DNA from: Armatimonadota bacterium | Lineage (GTDB): Bacteria > Armatimonadota > UBA5829 > DTLH01 | Direction: 5' to 3' | DNA: 64,000 bases | NCBI GenBank assembly: GCA_039679675.1 | Contig: JBDKUN010000056.1 | Location: 1 to 64,000 of the forward strand | Part shown: positions 39,341 to 50,435 of the stretch, piece after piece | Numbering within the stretch: position 1 is the first letter of the stretch | Layout of the letters: each line of letters starts with the position of its first letter | Made by a program: the position numbers and the translations under genes | Notes under the pieces: model-generated | Databases searched by the model: none | What the model saw: the letters and a program-made list of their open reading frames with translations, nothing else | What the model was told of the DNA's origin: nothing

Positions 39341-39985
39341 TCAGGTGACGGCAGCGGGGAGGTAATCCATCACTTCTTCATCCGTCAAATCGTGCCATGT
39401 GAGGTAATAGTCGGCTACCGCGAAAGGCAGCCTGTGGCTCTCTACTATGCAGATAATCTCGTCCGCCGCGTCCCCGATCAATCGTATGGCGGACTCCGAT
39501 GCGACCGGAACAGCCACGGTTACCCGCCCTGCTCCCGATTGCCTTGCGGACTGTACCGCCGCGAGCATCGTATAGCCGCTTGCCAGCCCGTCATCGACGA
39601 TAATCACTTGCTTTCCTCGCACGGCCTGCTTTGGAATCCTGTCCCTTAACACATGCTCCCGGTTCTGGATGTCCTCCATAACCCCGTTGGCTATCGATTT
39701 TATCAGCTTCTTGCTGAGCCCCATTCCTTTGACGATGGCTTCGTTCAGCACCAGCGCGCCGTCGCTCGTCACGGCACCGAATCCGGCTTCCGGGTTCCAG
39801 GGAATGGGCAGTTTTCTCAGGATGATGAAGTCAAGTGGCAGACCCAGGCGGCAGGATACTTCGGCGGCGATGGGAACCCCTCCAAGCGGAATAGCAAGGA
39901 CCACGGCATCCGTCGATCTATACTTTTCCAGACGTTCCGCGAGACGTCTTCCCGCATCAGACCTGTCTCTGAATAGCTCTGACAT
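39341..39985 (-). CDS. Phosphoribosyltransferase-family protein
   Basis: FRDRSDAGRRLA, GGVPIA, RKLP.P.NPE, IIVDDGLASGYTM, VAVPV. Confidence 0.92.
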   Translation of the reverse strand: MSELFRDRSDAGRRLAERLEKYRSTDAVVLAIPLGGVPIAAEVSCRLGLPLDFIILRKLPIPWNPEAGFGAVTSDGALVLNEAIVKGMGLSKKLIKSIANGVMEDIQNREHVLRDRIPKQAVRGKQVIIVDDGLASGYTMLAAVQSARQSGAGRVTVAVPVASESAIRLIGDAADEIICIVESHRLPFAVADYYLTWHDLTDEEVMDYLPAAVT

Positions 39986-40093
39986 AATTTGCCGTCGCTG
40001 CTCACGATAACTTTTGCTGCAAGCAGCAGTTCCTTATAAGTGCTGCCCATTAATACCATCTATGGGACTGATGCTAAACAAAAAGGGGTCCAT

Positions 40094-40156
40094 AAAAAAA
40101 TAAGCTCCCCTGCATTTCGCAGGGGAGGATAAAAGAGGGTGGGAAGGTTTGCTATA
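40094..40156 (-). ncRNA. Candidate ECF-sigma-driven C/U-rich small RNA
   Basis: Minus strand: GGAAC-N17-CGTAA promoter (40187-40161), then CCTTCCCACCCTCTTTTATC, hairpin CTCCCCTGC/GCAGGGGAG and U-tract; no ORF. Confidence 0.55.
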
Positions 40157-40279
40157 TTATTTACGACTGAAACACCCATATTGTTCCAGCAAACAGGCGA
40201 ATTTTGTTATTTCCTGTAGTAACAACCATGTAACAATGTAATTCAGCATACATTTACGGCTAAAACAGGCCGTCTGCTA

Positions 40280-40307
40280 TGAAACGTTTTATGCTGCAGC
40301 ACGTCTA
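40280..40307 (+). promoter_or_regulatory. ECF-type promoter upstream of the LysM gene
   Basis: TGAAAC-N16-CGTCTA. Confidence 0.6.
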
Positions 40308-40431
40308 CTGACTCGGATATATCCGTCTGCTTGCTAACCCTATCTGCAGCCAACTGCGGCTGGTTTGAAGCCTGCAGCGTTCCGGGTAGAACCCGGATGC
40401 GGTATATCTCGGCTTTACTTATGATCCGGAG

Positions 40432-40815
40432 ATGAAGATGTTAGCAATACGGCATCTACCTAGACTGCGGGTTCCGGTGGTCCGGTTGGAAAAAGCCAGG
40501 CCTGTGGTGGAAAGATATATGCTGCTTGGCACGGTCCTTGTCGTGTTGTTTGCAGTGGCCTGTTCAGTCGTTGCGTTTTCTTCGAATGATGACGCATCGG
40601 CAGGCATGATCCGTGTGACTGTCCGCCAGGGTGACAGCCTGTGGACTTTTGCCAGACAATACGGCGATCCAGACGAGTATATACTCAAGAGAGTGCATAA
40701 GATAGCTAGAATAAACAACATAAAAATGAGCCGCCCGCTTGAACCAGGTCAGGAACTGATCATCCCATGCGAGCGGAAAACAGTCTGTGCTTCAACAGAT
40801 AGGCAAATGCCTTGA
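40432..40815 (+). CDS. Single-TM LysM protein (YneA-like architecture)
   Basis: TM helix then VTVRQGDSLWTFA...INNI...LEPGQELIIP. Confidence 0.88.
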   Translation: MKMLAIRHLPRLRVPVVRLEKARPVVERYMLLGTVLVVLFAVACSVVAFSSNDDASAGMIRVTVRQGDSLWTFARQYGDPDEYILKRVHKIARINNIKMSRPLEPGQELIIPCERKTVCASTDRQMP

Positions 40816-40848
40816 GATAGCTGACGGCTTGAATCCGGAGCGAAGCTT

Positions 40849-42522
40849 GTGAGGTTTTGTAACCGGCTAGTGGCGGCTGCGATATTCAGCGCGTTTCTCG
40901 CGCTGTATCTTGCCACTCCTACCAGCAATTATACCTTCGACGCAGTCAATTACGGTCACATGATCCGGCTTTCGCAAACATCCGGGCCGCTTCTACTGTT
41001 TCATCCGCACCACATCCTGTTTAACTGCCTTGGACTCATCACCTGGAAGGCACTTGGTATACTGTACCCCAGTATCGACCCTCTGACGGCGCTTCAGGTA
41101 ATGAACTCTTTCATCGGGGCGCTTGGGCTTGCTGTTTTTTTCCTAATCCTGAGGAGATTGCTCGCGGATACAGCGCCGGAGGGCTCCGCATGCGGGCCAT
41201 CCACGGCGGTAGCGGCTATGGCCACGGCAGCGGTCGGGCTGACTTTCGGCTGGTGGGCGGCAAGCACGGACGGAAGGCCGTATATCCCCCCGATAGCTGC
41301 GGTTTTGGGAGCGTTTTATTTCGCTTATCTGACAGCGCGGACCGCCTCCGGCTGGACGGCTGCCGGAATGGGGCTGATGATTGCTATTGCCACACTGCTT
41401 CATCAGAGCCACGCACTTTTTCTTGTGGCCGGTGCTGTGGCTATCATAATCTCTCCCACACTGCTCAGGGAAAAGCTGAGGCTGTCGCTTATCGTAATTG
41501 GCGTGTTCCTGCCTGTAACCATAATCCCCTATACAGTGGTTTTCAGGCTGCGGGAAACACAGACGGTCTCGGAAGCGGTAAATTGGGCGCTCACTTATGC
41601 CAGACTGGGAGTTTGGTGGAATTTTGATGTCCTGGGTAACATCGATGCCGATCTTTCCGGCCTGAGGCATGCGTTTTTAGCTGATATAAGCGCGAAATCG
41701 GCCTATATACCGTTCTTATCCGCCTTAATGGGACATGCGGTGATCCTTTTTGCATCTGCATTTGTGGTTCTTGGACTGCTGGACAGGACGATGGTGCATG
41801 TCCGGCACTACCATCCACCCAGGCCGAGGAGGGTCTACATACTCGACGGTGTCAAGGGAGGATCATTCGGCGTACCGCCCAATCCGCTTTATGTGTTCAA
41901 TATACTATTGCTCGTCTGGGTCGTCAGTTATTCGGCGTTCTTCACTGTGTGGACTCCCGGTTATTTCGTGTTCTGGATTCCCGTAGCGGCGGCATGGGTG
42001 ATGATCCTTACGGTCAACGGGGCAGCGCGGCGCGATAGAAGGTTTACGTTCGGAGTGGCCTCACTGGCTGCTCTCTGCTTCGCCACAGCGAACCTTTGGC
42101 TCTACGTACTGCCCAGGATGCCGGTGGAGTCCAACCCGTCTATTGTGATAGCGCGGAAGATACGGGAGAATACGCCTCCCAAGTCGCTCGTGATAGTCGC
42201 GGGGATGGGTTACATCGCCGATATGGAGGTTTATATCCCGTATTTCGGCAAGCGTGAGACCATATCGCTCCACCAGACCATGCTCCGTCACGGCGGCAAA
42301 GGCATAGACAGGCTTCAGCAGAAGATACGCGGCGAGCTTTCGGAAGGGAACCGTGTGTACGTGTTCGGTGAGGTCTTCGATTCCCCGAAAGCCTGGCAGG
42401 AACTGACTAAGCGCTACGGGATAAAGAGGCAGGATGTCAGGGCTGCGCTCATCCGTTTTCGCCCGGTAAAGCGCTTCAGAGTCTCCGACCAGCCGGTCTA
42501 CGAGCTGCGCGGCAGTCGTTGA
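40849..42522 (+). CDS. Polytopic membrane protein, probable GT-C fold glycosyltransferase
   Basis: About 11 TMs; YTFDAVNY and HPHHIL first-loop motifs; C-terminal soluble domain. Confidence 0.65.
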   Translation: MRFCNRLVAAAIFSAFLALYLATPTSNYTFDAVNYGHMIRLSQTSGPLLLFHPHHILFNCLGLITWKALGILYPSIDPLTALQVMNSFIGALGLAVFFLILRRLLADTAPEGSACGPSTAVAAMATAAVGLTFGWWAASTDGRPYIPPIAAVLGAFYFAYLTARTASGWTAAGMGLMIAIATLLHQSHALFLVAGAVAIIISPTLLREKLRLSLIVIGVFLPVTIIPYTVVFRLRETQTVSEAVNWALTYARLGVWWNFDVLGNIDADLSGLRHAFLADISAKSAYIPFLSALMGHAVILFASAFVVLGLLDRTMVHVRHYHPPRPRRVYILDGVKGGSFGVPPNPLYVFNILLLVWVVSYSAFFTVWTPGYFVFWIPVAAAWVMILTVNGAARRDRRFTFGVASLAALCFATANLWLYVLPRMPVESNPSIVIARKIRENTPPKSLVIVAGMGYIADMEVYIPYFGKRETISLHQTMLRHGGKGIDRLQQKIRGELSEGNRVYVFGEVFDSPKAWQELTKRYGIKRQDVRAALIRFRPVKRFRVSDQPVYELRGSR

Positions 42523-42639
42523 TAAATTTGAAATTGTACGTTACCGGATATATAATTGAGCACCTCACAGGTATGAAGCGTCTGCTTTCGGGCGTTGGGG
42601 CAAAGGCCGGTGAAGATTTTCCAGCTAAGGAGATGCATC

Positions 42640-43215
42640 TTGAAGCGTATTGCAAAGACAACTTATTCGGCGGTACAGATGGGTTTAGCTGATATAAAGC
42701 ACATCGTTGATCTACTCAGCAGTGGCTATGAACAAATCGATATACTGTTGGATGATTACGCTGTAAAAGATGCATCGGAGCTGAACATTGCGGCGGATGA
42801 ACTCAAGCGGAGAGGTAAAGCTTACGCAAAGAACTGCACCATCACCGGCAAAAATAAGACGGAAAGAGGAGAGCAAAAGACAGAGTGGCTAACCGTAGAG
42901 ATAAAACCCAACGGGGTAACTCTGAATGTTTCCGACCTTCGTGACCCGAACCTGCCCAGCCTAGTGGAAAAGCTGGAAGATATGTTTCGAAGGAAAAGAG
43001 TCAGGTGGTTCTTTGGGCTGAACGCCGGCAGCGTTATTACAACCTGGGGCCTTTCAATAGGCATCGGGTTTATAGCCGGTATTATGAGACGGTTCATCAA
43101 CAATTTCGTTACGAGCTCGATCTCGATTCTTGCCGGAATTGCCAGCCTTTTCTTCCTTGTAGGATTGGTTATTATCAACTACTCAGGCAGAGTTGACCTT
43201 CGGAAACTCCGATAA
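42640..43215 (+). CDS. Hypothetical protein with 2 C-terminal TMs
   Basis: TTG start after AAGGAG. Confidence 0.65.
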   Translation: MKRIAKTTYSAVQMGLADIKHIVDLLSSGYEQIDILLDDYAVKDASELNIAADELKRRGKAYAKNCTITGKNKTERGEQKTEWLTVEIKPNGVTLNVSDLRDPNLPSLVEKLEDMFRRKRVRWFFGLNAGSVITTWGLSIGIGFIAGIMRRFINNFVTSSISILAGIASLFFLVGLVIINYSGRVDLRKLR

Positions 43216-43294
43216 TGGGCGATTTGCAAGTCGCACTCCATCAACTCTCCTGCAGAAATGCATCCACCGGTATAGTGGAGAAGAAAGGGTTCAT

Positions 43295-43756
43295 TTGAAA
43301 AAACTACTCATCTGGTTACTTGCGCTAGTGGTAACAGGATTTATACTTTATTATTTTGCACCATTGTCTTTGCTAAATAGCATAGATAGCAGAGGCAAGT
43401 TCATAAGAATCGATACCAGGTTCGCAACAAAAGCCTATGTAAAGAACCATTTTGGTAAAACGGTCGATTGGGTTGATGCAGCAGTAATGGATAAAAAGGA
43501 TGTCGAGACACTGAAATCCATACTGGCGGGATATGCAATTGAAGACGGCACAGCCTGTATGTTCGATAGTGATGTCTCAGTAACGCTGACAAATGGGCAA
43601 AAGAGTATTACTTTTTGCCCTGATTTTCTTGATGGAGAGCCTGTTATCTGGATAGATGACACCTATAAGTACCGCCACTTGTCTGTATACAACAACCAGA
43701 AGCTGTACCGAATCTTGAATAAGTACGGTATGGGGATACCCTTTACAAAAGAATAA
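43295..43756 (+). CDS. Hypothetical membrane-anchored protein
   Basis: TTG start, KK + hydrophobic anchor. Confidence 0.6.
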   Translation: MKKLLIWLLALVVTGFILYYFAPLSLLNSIDSRGKFIRIDTRFATKAYVKNHFGKTVDWVDAAVMDKKDVETLKSILAGYAIEDGTACMFDSDVSVTLTNGQKSITFCPDFLDGEPVIWIDDTYKYRHLSVYNNQKLYRILNKYGMGIPFTKE

Positions 43757-43808
43757 TTCAGCAGGGGTGCGATTGCAATCGCGCCCCATCAATTTACGTA
43801 AAAACAAA

Positions 43809-43841
43809 TAAAGCCGAGATAGTTGCCTATCTCGGCTTTTC
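43809..43841. terminator. Bidirectional terminator
   Basis: AAAGCCGAGATAG-TTGC-CTATCTCGGCTTTT. Confidence 0.85.
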
Positions 43842-43854
43842 AAGTTAATAGAGT

Positions 43855-44688
43855 CTATCCCTTAATCCCGCTCATCGTGATCCCCTGGATGAACGTCTTC
43901 TGCGTGAAGAAGAAAAGGATTATGATCGGCAGGACTACAAGCGTAGAGGCGGCCATGAGCCGTCCGAAGTAGTTGCCGTACTGCCCCAGGAACATCTGCA
44001 GCCCTAGAGAAAGCGTGTAATGGCTCTCATCGAAGAGATAAATGAGGGGGCCGAGGAAGTCGTTCCACGTATTGATGAACGTGAAGAGCCCCACGGTCGC
44101 CAAAGCGGGCTTCGCGAGCGGGACTATCACCTTCCGAAATACCTGAAACTCGTTGCAGCCGTCCAGTTTCGCCGCTTCCGTGAGGTCATGCGGCACAGTC
44201 ATAAAGAACTGCCTGAGTAGAAAGATGAAAAACGCATTTCCCAGAAACGCCGGGACCGTAAGCGGCAGATAGGTGTCCACCCAGCCGAGCTTCGTATAGA
44301 CCGCGAAAAGCGGCACCATCACGACCTGGTAGGGGAGCATCATCGTCGAGAGGACGATCATAAAGAGTGCATCCCGCCCCTTCCATTTGATCCTCGAAAG
44401 CCCGTATGCCACAAGAGAGCTGGAGATCACCGTCCCAACCACTGCAAGGGCGCATATCACAAGCGTATTTACGAGATACAGACCGAACGGAATGGTGCCG
44501 ACAGCCGCTTTGTAGTGCTGGAACGTAAACGGCTTCGGAATGATCTGCGGAGGCCATAGGCTGATGTTCTGGTCCGTCTTGAACGAGGTCGTGACCAGCC
44601 AGAAAAACGGTATGGAAAATATCCCCGAAAGGACTATAAGCGTAATATAAGTAATTATCTGCTTCCAGATAGGGAACCTGTTTCTCAT
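43855..44688 (-). CDS. Carbohydrate ABC transporter permease (MalG-like)
   Basis: TSFKT, AYGLSR, EAAKLDG, WNDFLGPL. Confidence 0.95.
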   Translation of the reverse strand: MRNRFPIWKQIITYITLIVLSGIFSIPFFWLVTTSFKTDQNISLWPPQIIPKPFTFQHYKAAVGTIPFGLYLVNTLVICALAVVGTVISSSLVAYGLSRIKWKGRDALFMIVLSTMMLPYQVVMVPLFAVYTKLGWVDTYLPLTVPAFLGNAFFIFLLRQFFMTVPHDLTEAAKLDGCNEFQVFRKVIVPLAKPALATVGLFTFINTWNDFLGPLIYLFDESHYTLSLGLQMFLGQYGNYFGRLMAASTLVVLPIIILFFFTQKTFIQGITMSGIKG

Positions 44689-45638
44689 TTTGCATCCCCC
44701 TGGTAGTAAACAAACCGCGCGGAACTCTTAAAGACGATGATTGTTGCTGCAAGGATCACAAGGAACAAGAACCACGCCATCGCGCACGCATAACCCATCT
44801 TGAAGAAGTGGAACGCGTTCTGAAAGAGATACATCGCGTAAAAAAGTGTCGAGTTGACCGGCCCGCCCTGGCCGCCGGTCATAACATAGGCCTGGGTAAA
44901 GTACTGCGCTGCGCCTATAAGCCCCATAACGATAGAGAAAAAGATGTAAGGGCTCATAAACGGCAGCGTTATATGAATCGTTCGATGAAGCGTTGTTGCG
45001 CCGTCCACCTCTGCTGCGTCGAAGAGGTCCTGCGGCACGTCCTGCAGCCCCGCTAGGAAGATAATCATCGAGCCGCCCGCTCCCCAAAGGCTCATAAGGA
45101 TGAGTGCAGGTTTAGCCCACATCGGGTCAGCCATCCATCCCGGCTCAGGTATCCCGAACATGTGAAAAAGGCTGTAAACGCCGATGCCCCTCAATATTCC
45201 GGGCAGAATGCCGTACTGCGGGTTCAAGACCCACAGCCAGAGGACTGATGTTGCGACTGTCGGTACGATGGACGGCAGGTAGAATAGCGTCCTGAAGAGC
45301 GCCATCCCCCGCACCTTCTGGTTTAGCAGGAGTGCGAGCCAGAATGCCACCGCCACGCCTAGCGGGACCGAAAACGCCGCAAAGACCGCCGTATTGGCAA
45401 GGGATTTTGTCACCAGCGGGTCGGTCAAAAGCCTGTGGTAGTTTGCCATCCCAACCCAGGTCGGGGGCTTCAGTCCGGTATAGTTGCAAAAGCTGTAGTA
45501 TAAAGACGCCCCGACCGGGTACACCGTGAACAGGAGAAGCCCGATAATCACCGGAGATGAGAAGAGCAGACCATTTCTCAAATCCGCACGCCGGGCGTGA
45601 GATACTTTTTTATGAGTCAAACGCTGTTTCTTAGTCAT
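44685..45638 (-). CDS. Carbohydrate ABC transporter permease (MalF-like)
   Basis: WVGMANY, RTLFYLP, LAGLQDVP..LFDAAEVDGA, MGYACA. Confidence 0.95.
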   Translation of the reverse strand: MTKKQRLTHKKVSHARRADLRNGLLFSSPVIIGLLLFTVYPVGASLYYSFCNYTGLKPPTWVGMANYHRLLTDPLVTKSLANTAVFAAFSVPLGVAVAFWLALLLNQKVRGMALFRTLFYLPSIVPTVATSVLWLWVLNPQYGILPGILRGIGVYSLFHMFGIPEPGWMADPMWAKPALILMSLWGAGGSMIIFLAGLQDVPQDLFDAAEVDGATTLHRTIHITLPFMSPYIFFSIVMGLIGAAQYFTQAYVMTGGQGGPVNSTLFYAMYLFQNAFHFFKMGYACAMAWFLFLVILAATIIVFKSSARFVYYQGDAK

Positions 45639-45644
45639 TACCGG

Positions 45645-46982
45645 CTACTTTCCCGCAAGTCTCAGGTCGAGTTCACGCTGAGTCTCTTTCGTAGCTTGAT
45701 CCAGTGCCGCTTTGGGGGTCATCTTTCCATAGACGGCCTGCCCGACGGCTCTGTCGAGCGCGCCCATGTAGTATGCCTGCGCAGGCATCACGGGCCGCTG
45801 GTGTTTGCACTGATTGAGTATTTCGACGAATGGGCCGTAACGCTGGTCAGACTTTATCTCATCGAAATAAGTCGATTTTCTGTAACCGGGGAAGAGGTCT
45901 TGAGTCTTTCCGGCAACGGCAGTTCCCTTAACGTCCGCACACATCCACTTGATGAACTTCCAGGCGAGCTCCGGCTTTTTACATCCTCTCGGAAGCGCCA
46001 TACACCAGCCGCCGATCCAGGAAGAATGTTTCTCTCCGCCCTGCGGACTTGGAATATAACCCAGCCCGTAATCGAGCTTGGGAGCATAGGTCCTTGCATC
46101 CACTACCTGCGAGATGTGGAAGCACCCCATCCCCAGTTGGCCGATGTAGAATGGGTTCCTGTCGAGGTTGCCGAACCCCTGCGCGAGATTGCTTATATTG
46201 GTCAGCCCGTATTTTTGGGCATACGAGCACATCCACTCAAGGGCTTTCACGTTTTTGGGGTCGTTTGCAGTGACCTTGTGGGTCTTTTCGTCGTAGAAAC
46301 TGCCGCCGAAGGCCCATCCCCAGGTGTACATGGAGTTTGCATTCCCGAACTGGCCCCAGGGGATGATTCCGATGGATGTGAGCCCCCGGCTTCCGCTTTT
46401 GGTTAGTTTTTCTGCCAACTTGTCCATTTCCGCGATGGTCTTTGGCGGTTTATTGGGGTCAAGACCGGCGTCGCGGAAGGTCTTCTTGTTCCAGGCAAAC
46501 GCAAAGTTAGGGTCGGCACAGTATGTAACGGCCCACACATGCCCGTCATAATAGTTCTGCTTCCAGCAGGGAGTAAAGTAATCGCCAGGTTTGATGCCGG
46601 TGGCTGCTACTTCCTTATCGAGCGGCTGCAGCGCTCCCTGCTCGGCCCATTCCGAGACCTGTGGCCCGTCTACGAACGTTACATCCGGCGGCTTTCCGGC
46701 TGCGACGGATGAAAAGAACTTCTGATTGTTCGAAAGATCATTTGGAGTAAAGACTATCTTTACTTTAATGTCAGGATGAGTCCGCTCGAACTCCTTAACG
46801 ACTTTTTCGAAAAGTTCTTTTTGAGTGCCGCCCCAGGGATGCCATATAACTATTTCATTGGGGGAGCTTACCGTAGCACCGAGGAACCGGGCGTCTATAT
46901 ACGAAAATACCGGCTTGTGAAACCAAATAAGCCCGATTACCACTACAGCAAGCGCAATTATTACAACTTTACGCATGAGCAT
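45645..46982 (-). CDS. Sugar ABC transporter substrate-binding protein
   Basis: FERTHPDIKV, AAGKPPDV, WNKKTF..AGLDP..PP.T. Confidence 0.92.
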   Translation of the reverse strand: MLMRKVVIIALAVVVIGLIWFHKPVFSYIDARFLGATVSSPNEIVIWHPWGGTQKELFEKVVKEFERTHPDIKVKIVFTPNDLSNNQKFFSSVAAGKPPDVTFVDGPQVSEWAEQGALQPLDKEVAATGIKPGDYFTPCWKQNYYDGHVWAVTYCADPNFAFAWNKKTFRDAGLDPNKPPKTIAEMDKLAEKLTKSGSRGLTSIGIIPWGQFGNANSMYTWGWAFGGSFYDEKTHKVTANDPKNVKALEWMCSYAQKYGLTNISNLAQGFGNLDRNPFYIGQLGMGCFHISQVVDARTYAPKLDYGLGYIPSPQGGEKHSSWIGGWCMALPRGCKKPELAWKFIKWMCADVKGTAVAGKTQDLFPGYRKSTYFDEIKSDQRYGPFVEILNQCKHQRPVMPAQAYYMGALDRAVGQAVYGKMTPKAALDQATKETQRELDLRLAGK

Positions 46983-47083
46983 TTTCCTATACTACCTAAA
47001 ATGCCTGTCATTTCGTAATTCTACGAGAGATGCAGATTGACCTTCTGTAGAATATAGTAGTTTAGGGCATTTATGCAACAGGC

Positions 47084-49318
47084 TCAGCGGATTTTGAAGC
47101 TCCTCAGACGAAGCGAGTTTGTGACTACGGACACGGACGAGAGCGACATCGCTGCGGCGGCAATCATCGGGTTTAGGAGCAGGTGAAGTGCCGGGTACAG
47201 CACCCCTGCAGCAATTGGGATGAGCAGCACGTTGTAGATAAACGACAGAAACAGGTTCTGCCGGACAGTCTTGATCGTCCGGCGGCTGAGGGAAATTGCC
47301 GTCACGACTCCCATCAGGTCTCCTGAGATAAGGGTAATGTCGCTGGCCTCCATCGCAACATCGGTCCCGGTCCCTATAGCTATTCCTATGTCTGCCTGGG
47401 CAAGAGCCGGAGCGTCATTTATCCCGTCCCCTACCATTGCGACGACTTTCCCTTCTGTCTGGAGCCTTTGGACCTCTTTGGATTTGTCCTGGGGGAGGAC
47501 TTCGGCCATGACCCGGTCTATTCCAACCTGCTTTGCAATAGCATCGGCGGTCTTTTTGTTGTCCCCGGTGATCATTGCGACTTCCAGCCCCAGATCATGA
47601 AGCGCCCGGACAGCGAGGGCTGAGTTCTCCTTCAGCGTATCGGCTATTGCAAAGACCCCGGCTGGTTTTCCGTCGATGGCGGCAAAAACAGGAGTTTTCC
47701 CCTCAGATGAAAGCTCATTTGCGCGCTTGTCCAGCTCGTCGAGCGGTACATTGCGGCCAGACATAAGATTCCGGTTGCCTGCTAGAACGTTTCTTCCTTC
47801 GACTTTTGCCTCGATTCCCTCTCCTGTGAGCGATGAGAAGGATTCAACCGGGCTGAGTGGAATCTTCCGTGCTTCTGCGCCGTGGACTATCGCTTCGCCC
47901 AGGGGATGCTCAGACCTGGCTTCAGCCGATGCGACGAGTCTCAATAGTTCAGCCTCATCCACGCCTGGTAAAACAGCGGTGACTACCAGCTCAGGCTCGC
48001 CCTTTGTAAGAGTCCCGGTCTTGTCCAAAACGACGGACGTGACTTTGTGCGCGCGCTCCAGAATCTCTCCACCTTTTATCAGCACGCCGCTTTCCGCACC
48101 TTTTCCCGTCCCGACCATAATGGCAGTCGGAGTGGCGAGGCCGAGCGCGCATGGGCAGGCGATGATAAGCACTGCAACGAAGTTCAGAAGCGCATAATTG
48201 AACGCGGGAGCAGGCCCCCAGAGAAGCCAAACGATGAACGTAATGATGGCTATTCCAATGACTACCGGGACAAAATAGCTTGAAATTATATCCGCCAGCC
48301 GCTGGATAGGAGCTTTCGACCCCTGCGCCTCCTCGACCATCTGTATAATGTGCGCAAGCGCTGTGTCCTTCCCGACTTTCGTCGCGCGGAAGGTGAAACT
48401 TCCGGTTTTGTTGATCGTAGCGCCGATAACCTCGTCACCGGCCCGCTTTGTGACAGGTATACTCTCGCCGGTGATCATCGACTCATCGACCGCGGAGGTT
48501 CCATCGACAACTATGCCGTCTACAGGGATCTTCTCGCCAGGACGGACGATCACAATATCGCTGACAGCCACGTCTTCGACGGGAATATCTGCTTCTTCTC
48601 CATTGCGAGAGACTCTGGCGGTCTTCGGCCTCAATCCCGCCAGCTTTCTTATGGCCTCCGAGGCGTTTCCTTTGGCCCTGGCCTCAAGGAACCTGCCGAG
48701 AAGGATAAGTGTGATGATTACAGCGGATGTATCGAAGTAAACGGCAGGCATCACACCTTGGGTTGCTTTGAAGAACGACGGAAACAGTATGACTGCGACG
48801 CTGTACAGATACGCCGAGGAGCTTCCGACGGCTATCAGCGTGTTCATATCAACGGTGCGGTGCCTGAGGCCTGCCCACATCCCCCGGTAGAACGGCCACC
48901 CTCCCCAGAACTGCACGGGAGTTGCGAACGCCCACATTACGTAATGGTCGGCGAATACCGCCGGTATGAAGGCGAATGAGCCGATTTCCCGGAGCATACC
49001 GAGAATTACCGGGAGCGTTAAGAGCGCGCTCACCCAAAACCGGGTCTTCCACTCACGGATTGCTGCATCCCTGGATGCCTGCTCGTGGTCTTCGGCTTTG
49101 GCTTCTTCGGGAATATCGTACCCCAGGAATAATATGACCGTTTTGATCTTCTCAGGAGTGATCTGCTGCGGGGCGTATTCCACCGTGGCGCGCTCGGTCG
49201 CCAGGTTGATAGAGGCTTTTGCCACTCCTTCGAGTTCGGAAAGGTGCTGCTCTATCCTCCGAACGCACGATGCGCAGTGCATGCCTTTTATGGGAAACTG
49301 AATAGTTTCTGTCTTCAT
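47084..49318 (-). CDS. copA: Cu(I)-translocating P1B-type ATPase
   Basis: [45 protein letters not shown] and MxxSS TM motifs. Confidence 0.95.
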   Translation of the reverse strand: MKTETIQFPIKGMHCASCVRRIEQHLSELEGVAKASINLATERATVEYAPQQITPEKIKTVILFLGYDIPEEAKAEDHEQASRDAAIREWKTRFWVSALLTLPVILGMLREIGSFAFIPAVFADHYVMWAFATPVQFWGGWPFYRGMWAGLRHRTVDMNTLIAVGSSSAYLYSVAVILFPSFFKATQGVMPAVYFDTSAVIITLILLGRFLEARAKGNASEAIRKLAGLRPKTARVSRNGEEADIPVEDVAVSDIVIVRPGEKIPVDGIVVDGTSAVDESMITGESIPVTKRAGDEVIGATINKTGSFTFRATKVGKDTALAHIIQMVEEAQGSKAPIQRLADIISSYFVPVVIGIAIITFIVWLLWGPAPAFNYALLNFVAVLIIACPCALGLATPTAIMVGTGKGAESGVLIKGGEILERAHKVTSVVLDKTGTLTKGEPELVVTAVLPGVDEAELLRLVASAEARSEHPLGEAIVHGAEARKIPLSPVESFSSLTGEGIEAKVEGRNVLAGNRNLMSGRNVPLDELDKRANELSSEGKTPVFAAIDGKPAGVFAIADTLKENSALAVRALHDLGLEVAMITGDNKKTADAIAKQVGIDRVMAEVLPQDKSKEVQRLQTEGKVVAMVGDGINDAPALAQADIGIAIGTGTDVAMEASDITLISGDLMGVVTAISLSRRTIKTVRQNLFLSFIYNVLLIPIAAGVLYPALHLLLNPMIAAAAMSLSSVSVVTNSLRLRSFKIR

Positions 49319-49335
49319 TTTTTACTGTCAGCTGC

Positions 49336-50265
49336 CTATTCCCTTTTCATCTCAATATCTTTCACCTTGTCCGCATCGAGCGTGGCGACGCCTATGGAGC
49401 TGTCCGCGCCGCCGTAGTAGATCAGGTACTGTCCTTCTCTTTCCACTACGCCGCACGTGAAGACGACATTGCACACCGAACCGATGCACTCGAACGCCTC
49501 CTCCGGGTCGAGAATCGGCTTAGAAGACCGTGCGATAATTTTCGATGGGTCGTCGAGGTCTGAAAGAAAGATTCCGAGCCTGTAGACCCTGTTCTCATCT
49601 ACGCCATGATAGAAGTTCAGCCAGCCATCTTCCGTTTTGATCGGCGGAGCGCCTGCTCCGATCCGTTCGTTGTCCCATGAGCTGAGTTTGGGAGTCATAA
49701 CCAGCTTGTGATCGTACCAGTGCAGCAGGTCATCCGAATATGAAATCCATATATCCGGCAGCACGCGGTGGTACATGACATATTTTCCGTTGAATTTCTC
49801 AGGGAAGATTACGGCATCTTTGTCGTCGAACTCCGGCAGGATGACGCCATGCCGCGTATAGGTCTTGAAGTCTTTGGTAGAAAGCAATGAGACCCTGCAT
49901 CTCCACGGCGGCCCGACCTTAAACGTAGGAGGGCGGTTTTCAGCTACCGGATAGACCGATGCCCCTACATAAGGGATGTAGTAAGTCCCGTCGATAAGCG
50001 TAATGCGAGGGTCTTCGCTCCCAAGCCGCTCGAACTCATCGCCAAGAGGGCTTTCATAAGCCGGTATGCTTGCCCTTTCGAAGCTAAAACCATCTTTGCT
50101 CCAGGCGTACCCCAGGCGGGAGATGTTGTCGTCGCCTACAGCGCGGTAGAGCATATGGATAGTCCCGTCTTTATCGGCTGCCCCGCAGTTGAATACGGCC
50201 TTATTCTCCCACCATCTGCTCGACGGAGCCAGCACAGGGTTCTTCTGGTATCGCTTCGCCAACAT
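49336..50265 (-). CDS. GH130-family glycosidase/phosphorylase
   Basis: RY..NPVL, VFNCGA, MLYRA, EDPRI, DKDAVIFPEK, GAGAPP, NVVFTCG, YYGGAD. Confidence 0.92.
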   Translation of the reverse strand: MLAKRYQKNPVLAPSSRWWENKAVFNCGAADKDGTIHMLYRAVGDDNISRLGYAWSKDGFSFERASIPAYESPLGDEFERLGSEDPRITLIDGTYYIPYVGASVYPVAENRPPTFKVGPPWRCRVSLLSTKDFKTYTRHGVILPEFDDKDAVIFPEKFNGKYVMYHRVLPDIWISYSDDLLHWYDHKLVMTPKLSSWDNERIGAGAPPIKTEDGWLNFYHGVDENRVYRLGIFLSDLDDPSKIIARSSKPILDPEEAFECIGSVCNVVFTCGVVEREGQYLIYYGGADSSIGVATLDADKVKDIEMKRE

Positions 50266-50435
50266 ATCTTTTGTGTTTGCTCCTTATGTAACTTATATCA
50301 TAGCACAAGTTGTGTCCAGCAGCGCTGCTTCGGACTCATATACCATTCATACCCCTTATAGAAGTCACACCCGAGTGCCTTGTTACCGCATGGTTGGTAA
50401 GGCGGGGCTGATCGTGATAAAATGCGAAACAACAC

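Noticed and set aside
40200..40431. LexA/SOS control of the YneA-like LysM gene
   Set aside because: No adjacent lexA and no SOS box I can recognise; only an ECF-like promoter
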